In this document: positions 1-8,886 of the stretch, in pieces
How the letters are laid out: each line of letters starts with the position of its first letter
How positions within the stretch are numbered: the first letter of the stretch is position 1
NCBI GenBank assembly: GCA_021323375.2
Contig: JAJPCT020000003.1
Span: 1-46,995, forward strand
Direction: 5' to 3'
DNA: 46,995 nucleotides
Origin: Candidatus Wolframiiraptor gerlachensis
GTDB lineage: Archaea; Thermoproteota; Nitrososphaeria_A; Caldarchaeales; Wolframiiraptoraceae
Notes under the pieces: generated by a model
Databases searched by the model: none
What the model was told of the DNA's origin: nothing
What the model saw: only the letters and a program-made list of their open reading frames with translations
Made by a program: the position numbers and the translations under genes

Positions 1-30
1 AAAAAATATTTTTGGGAAGGATGTAATGGC

Positions 31-290
31 TTACGAAATGAGAACGCTATACGGATGTATTTTTCCACTAGCGATGTGCAGGGATACTTCAACGGTTAAT
101 CCCGCAATGCTTACTCCTCCTTGTGGTGGTCCAACAGTAATGATTATCTCAATATCTTGACTGGGAGCAGTTCCGCCTGCCCTCTATGTACTTGACAGTT
201 AATAACACTACTAATGCCAAGATATAGCATAATCAGTTCTACGGGCATTATTACCAGGTCCAATTATGCATGCAGGGACATCATTTATCA
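31..290 (-). pseudogene. Truncated pilin paralog (C-terminal half only)
   Basis: Manual translation of 31-183 gives ...GLTVEVSLHIASGKIHPYSVLIS*, matching the pilin C-terminus GITVEVTLHSASGKIYPASVLLP*. An upstream piece LINDVP near 290 matches IYINGQP. Internal stop present; no signal peptide. Confidence 0.75.
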
Positions 291-468
291 GCGCCTTAAG
301 GGCAAGTGGCTCCTCAGCACCTATGAGAACCCACTCTACGACAGGGAGCTGAAGGCTACAGAAAAGCTCGAGGTCGAGGCGGTGAAATGGAGCGGGTATG
401 ACAGAAGCTCCGAAGAGAGGAGAAGGCCGGAGCCCCAGATACTGCGGCCGTCAAATCCAGCCAGCTGA
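290..468 (+). pseudogene. C-terminal remnant of a Dam-like (D12 class) DNA adenine methyltransferase
   Basis: LKGKWLLSTYENPLYDRELK...RRPEPQIL..SN resembles the KGKWLLS.Y.NP.Y...EIL..NY tail of Dam-family MTases; no DPPY or SAM-binding part is present. Confidence 0.5.
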
Positions 469-471
469 TGC

Positions 472-530
472 TTGACAGCTTCCCCCGATCCCCTCCCCGG
501 CCCTGAAGGGGCGAGGCTTTCGGCTGTAAA
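472..530 (-). mobile_element. IS200/IS605-type end hairpin / mini-element remnant
   Basis: Minus strand reads TTTAC-AGCCG-AAAG-CCTCGCCCCTTCAGGGCCGGGG...GTCAA: TTAC target, AAAG guide, imperfect GC hairpin and terminal TCAA. Confidence 0.55.
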
Positions 531-573
531 AGAACCGCAGGAAAAAGAGGGGAAGGGTTTGGGAGGGCCCGCT

Positions 574-1062
574 TCACGGCAGCAGCACTGAGGCCGGGTA
601 GATCTTGCCGGACGCGCTGTGGAGCGTGACCTCCACGGTTATCCCTGGGCTCGGCGCCCCCACTGTCAGCTGGAACTGGGCGACCTCGCCGGGATTGCAG
701 GTCACCTGCAGGTTTCCTATGGCTTCGGATGCAATCGTGCACGTCCCGCCCACCACGTCGAGCGCATTGACAGCGAAACCCGCGGGCGGGTTAGCTATCG
801 GCTGGCCGTTGATGTAGATGTTGTCGATTGTCGCCGACGCGGTTCCGGTGTTCTTGGCCGTTATGAAGATGTTGTACTGGTTCGGCGCGCCAGCTACGGG
901 AACTGCGTAGATATTCGTTACCTCGAATTTTTCGTACTTCGTGAATATTCCAACCAGCCCTGTCGCCCAGAATGCTACGGCGATGGCGATGACGATGGCG
1001 ATGGCGACAAGGATTACCGTTGCGACAACAGGGCTTATACCAGACCTATTCCTCAACATCAA
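574..1062 (-). CDS. Archaeal type IV pilin (class III signal peptide)
   Basis: RNRSG|ISPVVATVILVAIAIVIAIAVAFW prepilin motif followed by a beta-rich domain (KNTGT..ID.IYING). Confidence 0.93.
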   Translation of the reverse strand: MMLRNRSGISPVVATVILVAIAIVIAIAVAFWATGLVGIFTKYEKFEVTNIYAVPVAGAPNQYNIFITAKNTGTASATIDNIYINGQPIANPPAGFAVNALDVVGGTCTIASEAIGNLQVTCNPGEVAQFQLTVGAPSPGITVEVTLHSASGKIYPASVLLP

Positions 1063-1137
1063 CAGATATAAAGGTAATACCTTGATAAAAGAGTTTCTCC
1101 CCCATCATCAGAATGTCTAAAAAGTCTGGTAATCTCC

Positions 1138-2904
1138 TTAGCCGTATTGTGTTGGCAGGGTTATGAGCTGGACGCTCATGGTCCCGGCTATCCAGACGGC
1201 CAGAAGCGTTATCACGGACATTATTATCGCGTGCTTGAACCCTCCCGCCAGGGTCCCGTCGGCGATCTTCCCGGCCACGAGGCCGCTTATAACAGCCACA
1301 AGCACAACAGGTGGAAGGAACATGTGGACGAACTCTGATATCGAGATATAGATCCTCGCGATCTGGAGCAGCCCCTTCATGAAGACGACGAGGATAACCA
1401 CGACCGCGACGAGCATGACGGCCGTCATGTATGGTATGAGCATGAGGGGCCTCAGAGTAGCCCTCTTCTGCCTCTCCATCTCCTCCAAATCCTCCATGAA
1501 TGTGGTCAGCGTATCAAGGGTCTCAGGAGCGCCTCCGCCAACATCAATCGAGTCTATCAGGATAAACATGCCGGCCCTCGCAAGCCATCCATGAACCCTC
1601 CTCTCAAAATCCCTGTAAATAGCTCTGAGGGAGTTCCCCCAGCCAATCTGCCTACTCATGAGCTTGAGATGCTTCGTGAACCCGCCATAATCCCTATCCG
1701 AGAGAGTCCTGATACACTTCTCGGGGCTCATCCCAGTCTTCCGGGTCTCGGTCAAGTCCCTTAGAAAACGCGTCAAGCCCTGGAGAACGGACATGTTCTC
1801 CTTGCCATACTTCTCCCAGGCAACAGCGCCCGGCAGAAACAGGACTATAAAGCCGAGGCAGAGGCCGATAGTCGCCTCATAGCCCATATCAAGGCCCATA
1901 AGCCTCCTAAGCTGGACAATCAGATCTGACGTCAGGCTAAAGGGCGGAATATACCTGAGCGGCTCAGCATAGAACGGCACCACGAAGAGGACCATGAATA
2001 TCATCCCTGCCGGCATCCCGGCGAGAAAAGCCTTGAAAGGCCTCTTATCCGTGAACGGATACTTCGGCTGAGAGATGTCGGCGAGATAGATGAACATCCC
2101 AGCCATAAGGGGCATGATGAGATAGGCGAAGATCACGAACTGCTCGGCCGGAAACGTGAAATACTCGCTCGGAAGAGCCCTAGAGACTATATAGATGATA
2201 TAGAGGACAAGGGAGATCATCATGACGGTCGCCGCATAGGACTCCATAAGCATGCCAAGCCTCTCGCCAACAATCCTCATGTTCGCAGTCCTACTCTGAA
2301 AGATCACCTCAGTCTTCCTGATCAGGAAGTGGACCACATCACCACCGCTCCTCAGCGTCGAGACATAGCCCATCAGCAGATCCCTATACTCCTTAGACGG
2401 AATGTTCCTCGCCATGTCCTCTATAGCGGAGACCGGGTCCTCGCCGGTCGCCTCAACCCTCAGCTCCGCAACCCTCGCAATCTTGGCCAAATTCGGCATA
2501 AGCTCGCTCTTAGAAAGCCTCTTCAAGCTCGTGTAGGGCGGGACGCCGCCAGTCGCCATGACAGCGAGATAAGTCGCCGCATAAGGAACCTCGCTCTCAA
2601 AAACCGAGGCAATCGAGGAGGCCTGAACATAGGGATAGAAGACCCCCATCAACAAGACCAGCAGCGGCACAGCCATAACAATAAGCGAGAACAGGCTCCG
2701 AGTAACCAGATACAGGATAAAGGCCAGGGGCACGCAAGCCAGGGCAGCTATGACCGTGATCCCGGCGACAGTCGCCGCATAAGCCTCCGGATGAACCCTC
2801 ATCACGGCGGCCTCAAGCTTCGAGGAGATCCCCGGGAAGATCCTGAGAAGAAGGGATCCCAGACCTCTAAAACTAGCATAGAAGAAGCCATACATGTTAT
2901 CCAT
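1138..2904 (-). CDS. Type II secretion system F-domain membrane platform protein (TadC/FlaJ/AapF-like, two F domains)
   Basis: 588 aa, multi-TM, with two T2SSF repeats (YLAVMATGGVPP...LRSGGD; FLRDLTE..KTGMS...IDVGG) and GLVAGKI motif. Confidence 0.93.
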   Translation of the reverse strand: MDNMYGFFYASFRGLGSLLLRIFPGISSKLEAAVMRVHPEAYAATVAGITVIAALACVPLAFILYLVTRSLFSLIVMAVPLLVLLMGVFYPYVQASSIASVFESEVPYAATYLAVMATGGVPPYTSLKRLSKSELMPNLAKIARVAELRVEATGEDPVSAIEDMARNIPSKEYRDLLMGYVSTLRSGGDVVHFLIRKTEVIFQSRTANMRIVGERLGMLMESYAATVMMISLVLYIIYIVSRALPSEYFTFPAEQFVIFAYLIMPLMAGMFIYLADISQPKYPFTDKRPFKAFLAGMPAGMIFMVLFVVPFYAEPLRYIPPFSLTSDLIVQLRRLMGLDMGYEATIGLCLGFIVLFLPGAVAWEKYGKENMSVLQGLTRFLRDLTETRKTGMSPEKCIRTLSDRDYGGFTKHLKLMSRQIGWGNSLRAIYRDFERRVHGWLARAGMFILIDSIDVGGGAPETLDTLTTFMEDLEEMERQKRATLRPLMLIPYMTAVMLVAVVVILVVFMKGLLQIARIYISISEFVHMFLPPVVLVAVISGLVAGKIADGTLAGGFKHAIIMSVITLLAVWIAGTMSVQLITLPTQYG

Positions 2905-2936
2905 GAAGCCCAGGTCTCAAGCCACCCCCAGCAAGC

Positions 2937-3305
2937 CTATTCCGAGAGATAGGCCTCGAGAAGGAGCTCCACGTAGCCGAGATTCGGGTTTTGCCTCGTC
3001 AAGCAGACCATATAGTATCCCTTATACTGCCTGATTAGGATGAATCTCCCATTATCAAGCTGTATATTGAACCTCTTATAACCCTTGGCGCCCATGAGCT
3101 CTATCACGGCGGATATGGCGCCGCAGACAGCCGCAGCAGCCGCGGCAATATACTCCGAGTTGAAGTTCGGGTTATCGCTCTCATGAGCTATTGGCATACC
3201 ATCCTCGGAAACAGCCTCAACAGCGTCAATCCAGCCCCGGCTGTTCATCTTGATCGCGCGGACAAGCCCGGCCAGCAGCCTCTCCTCAGCGCTCGTGATC
3301 ATCAC
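2937..3305 (-). CDS. Roadblock/LC7 (MglB-like) protein, paralog A1
   Basis: VSEDGMPIA...YIAAAAA...NPNLGYV Roadblock pattern, 122 aa. Confidence 0.85.
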   Translation of the reverse strand: MMITSAEERLLAGLVRAIKMNSRGWIDAVEAVSEDGMPIAHESDNPNFNSEYIAAAAAAVCGAISAVIELMGAKGYKRFNIQLDNGRFILIRQYKGYYMVCLTRQNPNLGYVELLLEAYLSE

Positions 3306-3976
3306 TTAAACCTCCCCAAGCTCTCCGACAAATATGCCCTTAGGAGATCCCTAACCTCCTCAACGCCGAACTCGGATCCACCGCCAACCGTGAGCGCATA
3401 CACCTCGGACTCGCCAATCCTCCCAACGAGGAAGAGCATTACCCTCTCTTCGCCCTCTGAGACCATGTAGCTGAACCCGGGGTTAAGCCTCCGGACAAGG
3501 GAGATGAAGTCGGCGACGGAGGCTGCAACCCTATCATCCTCACCAACATTATACGAGTCAATCGGTATCCCAGATTGATTGAGAAGTATCACAGACTTCA
3601 AGCCCAACATGGATGCAACCTCCTCTAGCGAGGCAAACCCAAACTCCTCACCCGCCTCAGCGGGCTTAATCTCGAGGCTCTCAAGCGGCCTCGGCGGAGG
3701 CGGCGCGGGCTTAACCTCGGCCTTGGCAGCAGGCTTAGTAGCTACACTAGGCCTAGGCGCAGCGGGCTTGGAAACAGCCGGCCTAGAAGATGTTGGTGGA
3801 GGGGCTGGAGGAGCCGCTACACTAGGAGCTACAGGCCGCGGAGGGCCTACCATCTTACGAGCCGCAGACCTGACAAGAAGAAGTGAGGCAACGGAGAGCG
3901 CGATCGAGACAACGGCTAAAATTACTATTAGGAGGATGAGGAATGATAACTCGCTAATGAAGGGTAAGCCATCCAT
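3302..3976 (-). CDS. Membrane-anchored protein with Pro/Ala-rich linker and C-terminal Roadblock-like domain
   Basis: N-terminal TM helix, PAPPP linker, then VILLNQSGIPIDSY...RVAASVADF. Confidence 0.7.
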   Translation of the reverse strand: MDGLPFISELSFLILLIVILAVVSIALSVASLLLVRSAARKMVGPPRPVAPSVAAPPAPPPTSSRPAVSKPAAPRPSVATKPAAKAEVKPAPPPPRPLESLEIKPAEAGEEFGFASLEEVASMLGLKSVILLNQSGIPIDSYNVGEDDRVAASVADFISLVRRLNPGFSYMVSEGEERVMLFLVGRIGESEVYALTVGGGSEFGVEEVRDLLRAYLSESLGRFK

Positions 3977-4085
3977 CTCCAGCTAGTAAATAAACGGTAT
4001 TAAGCCGCTTATAATCCTTCTCTCACCGGCCTCCCGCCGGATCGAAACATATATCTCCTCTGCACGAGGATATAGGTGGCGAGGA

Positions 4086-7000
4086 ATGGGCTTGGCGAAG
4101 AAGGGGAAGTCCGAGGAGCCGCCGAACCCCTGGAAGGGCATAGAGGTGAAGCCCATCCCAGAGGACTATGAGGTGCTGGATCGGTATGCTATCAGGGAGG
4201 GGCTGGCTGAGGTTGTGATCGCAACACCCCCTGGCGAGACCCCCGAGCCAACATACTTCGCAGTAGAGGTTCAGCTCACGCCACAGGAGGCCCTAGCGCT
4301 GGAAAAGCTGAAGGATATACTCTCGAAGGAGCTGGAGCCGCCTAAGCCCGGCGAGGAGGAGGATGCTAAGAGAATCCTCCTAGAGACGGCCGACAAGCTC
4401 CTGAAAAAATATGAGCGGGCCCTTGGGAGATTTGACGAGGAGTCGAGGCAGAAGCTATTCTACTATCTCGAGAGGGATATGACAGGATTCGGCCCCCTCA
4501 ACATAATAATGGAGGATTATAGGATCGAGGACGTCTCATGCGATGGCGTAAACATCCCGATATATGTCTGGCACAGGGACTATGAGAGCATCCCAACAAA
4601 CATAATGTTCACGGATCGAGATGCTCTCGACGACTACATAATCCAGCTAGCCCACAAATCCGAGAAACACATATCATCAGCATTCCCGATACTCGACGCG
4701 ATGATCTATGGCAAGCATAGGCTCGCCGCGACATTCAGGGAGGAGATCTCGCCACGCGGAAGCACATTCACTATAAGAAAATTCAGGGAGAAGCCTTTCA
4801 GCATAACAGAGCTGCTACAGTCTGGACTCCTCAGCCCGGAGATGGCCGCATATTTCTGGCTATTGATAGAGCATAAGGCGAACATACTCGTGGCTGGCGC
4901 GACTGGGAGCGGAAAGACTACGATCCTAAACGCGCTGATGTGCTTCGTAAAGCCTAGAATGAAGATCGTAACATGCGAGGAGACAGCCGAGCTAAACATA
5001 CCAACAGAAAACTGGGTAAGATTCGTGACACGAGAAAGCTATGGGCTCGGAGCACAGAAAATAGGGGAAATCACCTTATATGATCTGGTCAAGACAAGCC
5101 TCAGATACAGGCCAGACTACCTCATAGTCGGAGAGGTAAGAGGAGAGGAGGCATTCGTCCTATTCCAGGCCATAGCTAGCGTTTCTTGGGACACGCCGAT
5201 ATTGATAAGAGATGTTCAAGGTGGGGGGCCGAGACTCGTCAGAATTGGGGAATTCGTGGACCAATTTTATGAACCATCAGAGGAAAGGGTGCCGAAATTT
5301 ATTAATGGATTCGAGGTGATGACTCTTAGCAAGAGTGGGGAGGTTTGTTGGAAACCAATCCGCTATGTCCTAAGACACAGGACAAACAAGATCTACAAGA
5401 TAAGGTATGTTGGTGGAGAGGTTAGGGCCACAGGGTCACATAGCGTCTTCGTGCTGGATGAGGACTCGCTAACGATAAGAATGAAAAGAGTCAGCGAGCT
5501 AAAGCGTGGGGACATTCTCGTAAGCTTCCTAAAGAGACGCGAGGAGGATTCTTCGAACCCGAGGTTGGATCTAATAGAAATCTTAGGAGATCGACGTAAG
5601 GATTTCGTTGACGGCCTCCCACCGAACATTAAAGCTCTAGTAGGCAGAAACCCCGTGAGCCTGGCAACATACCTAGAGATTGAGAGATCCCGCGATACTA
5701 GGGAGAATCTGAGGATAAGGCGATGGCATACCGGGAACTGGGTTCCAGCAGTCCTAGAGGTTGACGAGGACTTGGCATTTGTTATGGGCGTTTACCTGGC
5801 TGATGGTTGCGTAAAGGAGCATAAGGGTAAGAGCCTTTGCTTCAGCTTAGGACCAAGGAGAAGAGATGTCGAGGAGAAGGTAATCAAGATATTTTGGGAG
5901 AAATTCAAGCTTAAGCCGATAATAGACGATAAGGGTAGCTATCATATAGTAACCTTTAACTCGACTATACTCGCGGAGCTCTTCAAGAAGCTTATGGGAG
6001 GAAAGTTGGAAGAGAAGCATGTGCCGAGCTTTCTATGGCGCGCGCCTAAGAGGATAATTAAGGCATTCCTGAGCGGGTATGCGGCGGGTTCGCGTAGAAA
6101 GGTGAGGAATAGAAAGGATGGGTGCTATGTCATTAAGAAAGCTATGCTCGCGTGCGAGATCTCTTGGCTCGCGCGGATGACAGGCTTGAACTCTTATATC
6201 ATTAGGGAGGGTCACGGGCATTATGGCTCATATAATGTCTTAGGGCTTAAGGATGAGGTAAAGCCGCCGAGCGCGAATCTAGTGCCCCTTAAGCCGATCA
6301 TCAGCCTATACAAGAGTTTAAATCCATCCAACATGCCTTGGAATTTCACACACGTATTTAATGGCAAAAGGAGGTTCATTAGCAGAGAGAAAGCCCGGGT
6401 AGTCTTAAACTGGATTCTGCAAAAAAGAAGACGCGAGCCAGAGGATAAGGATCATGAAATCTTGGCAAGGCTGAATCTGCTACTCCAGAGCGATATAGCT
6501 TTGGCTCCGGTGCTTGAAGTGATTGAGGAAAGCTATGATGGATACGTTTATGACATTTCTGTTCCTGAGACCGAGGCATTTTATGGCGGATCAACACCGG
6601 TCCTCCTTCACAACACGGGTCACGGCGGCCTCTCAACTATTCATGCTGAGAATATAGAGTCTGTGATGAAGAGACTTGTAAGTCCTCCGATGAATATTCC
6701 GCCTAGCCATATTCCGCTCTTGGATGCTGTGGCGCTTGTTGATAGGGTTCGCCTGCCTAGGCCGATTGATGGGAGGACCTATGCTAGGAGGATTAGGTAT
6801 GTGTGGGAGGTTGTTGATTATGGGAAGTACGTGACGATCGCTGAGTGGAATCCAGCGACTGATCAGTTCGTGACGAATTTCACAGACAGCATCGTTTTGG
6901 ATAAGATAGCCGTTAAAACCGCAAAGACAAAAGAGGAGATATTAGCTGAGATTGATAGGAGGGCAAGAATACTCAAAAACATGTTGGAAAGGGGTATGCT

Positions 7001-7364
7001 CGAGATAAGCGATGTAGCTAAGGAGGTGTATGCATACTATTCTAATCCTGAGCAGGTGCTGAGGAAATATGGGATAGCCGTGGAGGAGATCCAGGTCCCG
7101 GTGGGATCTTCTAGGGGGGGTGCCGGTAGCTTTGGGGCCGAGTCCTATAGGGCGGCGAGGGCTTTGGCGGAGGAGGATGGCGAGGCTGCGATCGCCGAGA
7201 AAGTGCTCAGCCTCCTCAGGCAGCATGGTGGAGTATATCCGCTGTGGAGGATCTTTGTCGAGACCCCGGCCCCGAAGATCATGGTCTTCAAGGCTCTGAA
7301 GAGGCTGAGGGAGAGCGGGAAAATAGAGATGTCGAGATCAATGGTGGTTCTGAGGGGAGGCTAA
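4086..7364 (+). CDS. Type II/IV secretion (VirB11/AapE/FlaI-like) pilus assembly ATPase, intein-containing
   Basis: Walker A GATGSGKTT, LRYRPDYLIVGEVRGEEA and TGHGGLSTIHA His box, interrupted by an intein; C-terminal wHTH-like extension. Confidence 0.95.
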   Translation: MGLAKKGKSEEPPNPWKGIEVKPIPEDYEVLDRYAIREGLAEVVIATPPGETPEPTYFAVEVQLTPQEALALEKLKDILSKELEPPKPGEEEDAKRILLETADKLLKKYERALGRFDEESRQKLFYYLERDMTGFGPLNIIMEDYRIEDVSCDGVNIPIYVWHRDYESIPTNIMFTDRDALDDYIIQLAHKSEKHISSAFPILDAMIYGKHRLAATFREEISPRGSTFTIRKFREKPFSITELLQSGLLSPEMAAYFWLLIEHKANILVAGATGSGKTTILNALMCFVKPRMKIVTCEETAELNIPTENWVRFVTRESYGLGAQKIGEITLYDLVKTSLRYRPDYLIVGEVRGEEAFVLFQAIASVSWDTPILIRDVQGGGPRLVRIGEFVDQFYEPSEERVPKFINGFEVMTLSKSGEVCWKPIRYVLRHRTNKIYKIRYVGGEVRATGSHSVFVLDEDSLTIRMKRVSELKRGDILVSFLKRREEDSSNPRLDLIEILGDRRKDFVDGLPPNIKALVGRNPVSLATYLEIERSRDTRENLRIRRWHTGNWVPAVLEVDEDLAFVMGVYLADGCVKEHKGKSLCFSLGPRRRDVEEKVIKIFWEKFKLKPIIDDKGSYHIVTFNSTILAELFKKLMGGKLEEKHVPSFLWRAPKRIIKAFLSGYAAGSRRKVRNRKDGCYVIKKAMLACEISWLARMTGLNSYIIREGHGHYGSYNVLGLKDEVKPPSANLVPLKPIISLYKSLNPSNMPWNFTHVFNGKRRFISREKARVVLNWILQKRRREPEDKDHEILARLNLLLQSDIALAPVLEVIEESYDGYVYDISVPETEAFYGGSTPVLLHNTGHGGLSTIHAENIESVMKRLVSPPMNIPPSHIPLLDAVALVDRVRLPRPIDGRTYARRIRYVWEVVDYGKYVTIAEWNPATDQFVTNFTDSIVLDKIAVKTAKTKEEILAEIDRRARILKNMLERGMLEISDVAKEVYAYYSNPEQVLRKYGIAVEEIQVPVGSSRGGAGSFGAESYRAARALAEEDGEAAIAEKVLSLLRQHGGVYPLWRIFVETPAPKIMVFKALKRLRESGKIEMSRSMVVLRGG
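5178..6614 (+). mobile_element. Intein (479 aa) with LAGLIDADG homing endonuclease domain
   Basis: FQAIA|SVSWDTPI...ATGSHS...GVYLADG...YVYDISV...LLHN|TGH; removing it restores FQAIATGHGG. Confidence 0.95.
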
Positions 7365-7387
7365 GGCTGAGAGCCCGCAGCCCTCCC

Positions 7388-7894
7388 CTACTCGATCATT
7401 TCCAGCAAGGTCTTCAACAGATTGACCGCGCTCTCCCTGTTGAGGGCGATAGTCGGTATTATCGGGATCTCCGGGGGAGCCTTAAGGGAGTATCGCATTA
7501 CCTTCTCGGGGATCATGTTCCCCCCGTCAGCCTTATTCGCGGCGATAACATGGGGCACGCCGGGAAAATTCCTCCTAAAGTAGTCGTATACGAATGCGGC
7601 GTCCAGAAGGCTTCTTGGATCTTGAGAATCGACCATGAGTATGTATCCATCCATCCCCTTGGCCAGAACCCGCCACATGAAGAAGAACCTCCGCTGTCCA
7701 GGAGTCCCAAAGATCCTAACACGCTGGCCATCAATCTCTAGGATCCCGAAGTCTAGAGCCACGGTCGTGGTCTGCTTGACTGTCTCTACGAGAAGCCTCC
7801 TATCAGACTCCAGTATCTTCCCGCATAGCGTCTTTATGAGGGTGGTCTTCCCCGCGTTGAAGGGCCCTGTAACAACGATCTTGTAGGTCTTCAT
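7388..7894 (-). CDS. Small GTPase, MglA/CvnD (ATP_bind_1-like) type
   Basis: G1 GPFNAGKTT, TTVALDFG, GTPGQRRF, G4 NKAD. Confidence 0.92.
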   Translation of the reverse strand: MKTYKIVVTGPFNAGKTTLIKTLCGKILESDRRLLVETVKQTTTVALDFGILEIDGQRVRIFGTPGQRRFFFMWRVLAKGMDGYILMVDSQDPRSLLDAAFVYDYFRRNFPGVPHVIAANKADGGNMIPEKVMRYSLKAPPEIPIIPTIALNRESAVNLLKTLLEMIE

Positions 7895-8247
7895 CTCGAG
7901 AGATATGCCTCGAATACTAGGTTTATGAAGCCGAGGTTTGGGTTGGGCTTAGTCACAGCGACGACATAATAGTCCCTATACCTTCTGATGAGGAGATGGC
8001 GCTTCTCCCCGAGCTTCACGTCCACGGCATCAAATCCCCTCGAGTTGATGAGCTCGAGAACGGCGTCCGTCGCCCCAGCTATCGATGATGTGGCGGCCGC
8101 GACATATTCCGGGTCGATATCAATATTAGCGCTATATGCTAGTGGCGCGCCATCTTGTGAAACTATGATTATCGCGTCCACCCATCCCCTACAACTAATC
8201 ATGATGTCCTCGATCAGGGAATTGAGCTCCGAGCGGATAGACTCCAC
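7891..8247 (-). CDS. Roadblock/LC7 (MglB-like) protein, paralog A2
   Basis: VSQDGAPLA...YVAAA...NPNLGFI; clear paralog of 2937-3305; its stop overlaps the GTPase start. Confidence 0.87.
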   Translation of the reverse strand: MESIRSELNSLIEDIMISCRGWVDAIIIVSQDGAPLAYSANIDIDPEYVAAATSSIAGATDAVLELINSRGFDAVDVKLGEKRHLLIRRYRDYYVVAVTKPNPNLGFINLVFEAYLSR

Positions 8248-8253
8248 GTCACC

Positions 8254-8784
8254 TCACCTCCTCCTGCCAATAATGCTCTCAACATATTCTTGTAGTATTT
8301 CTCGGGCATATTTCGTATCCGTCACCAGCTTAGGGCCGCCTATCACGAGGCTGTAGAGGGTCACATCGCCCACCCTCTTCAACTCCATTATAAAGCTTAT
8401 AATGCTGTTCCCGAATATAAGGACTCTCGTTGGAAATCCCAGGCTTTTTAGAACGTTTACTAGCTCCGCAAAGGAGGCGGCTGCCCTAGCCCCATGCTCC
8501 TCGGCTATGTTGTAGGTTTCAACGACGAGTCCCTGATCATCGAAGATCATAAGAGCCTCGGCTCTAAGGAGTACTGCTACCTCAGCCAAAGTATTAACGC
8601 GTCTGGCAGGCAACTCTCTAACCTCCAGTACCTCTACGAGGTTTTCTTGACTGGGCTCCATCAGTAGCGCTTCAGATCCTAGCCCGGCCATTTTTTTAGA
8701 ACCTTTAATGGTTAGGATTAGAGCCGCGATCGCTACTGCTAATGATATAATAGCAAGGGCTATCACAAGCAGGTAAGAATCCAT
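8254..8784 (-). CDS. Membrane-anchored Roadblock-like protein
   Basis: Likely start MDSYLLV at 8784; N-terminal TM; MIFDDQGLVVETY...RAAASFAE is paralogous to 3302-3976. Confidence 0.68.
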   Translation of the reverse strand: MDSYLLVIALAIISLAVAIAALILTIKGSKKMAGLGSEALLMEPSQENLVEVLEVRELPARRVNTLAEVAVLLRAEALMIFDDQGLVVETYNIAEEHGARAAASFAELVNVLKSLGFPTRVLIFGNSIISFIMELKRVGDVTLYSLVIGGPKLVTDTKYAREILQEYVESIIGRRR

Positions 8785-8886
8785 CTCCTGACCAAACTTA
8801 GTGTGACAGCTCGCCCAGATATATTCACTTCTTGGGGATCTCATAAGAAGAAAGCTTAATAGCCTTGTCCATTTCTTAACTGTAGA

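Noticed and set aside
214-468. 84-aa ORF as an intact gene
   Set aside because: It is a chimera: the first ~25 codons are antisense to the pilin remnant and the rest is an MTase tail fragment.
574-7364. Archaellum (arl/fla) operon
   Set aside because: No ArlH/F/G or chemotaxis genes, and the filament subunit is pilin-like rather than archaellin-like.
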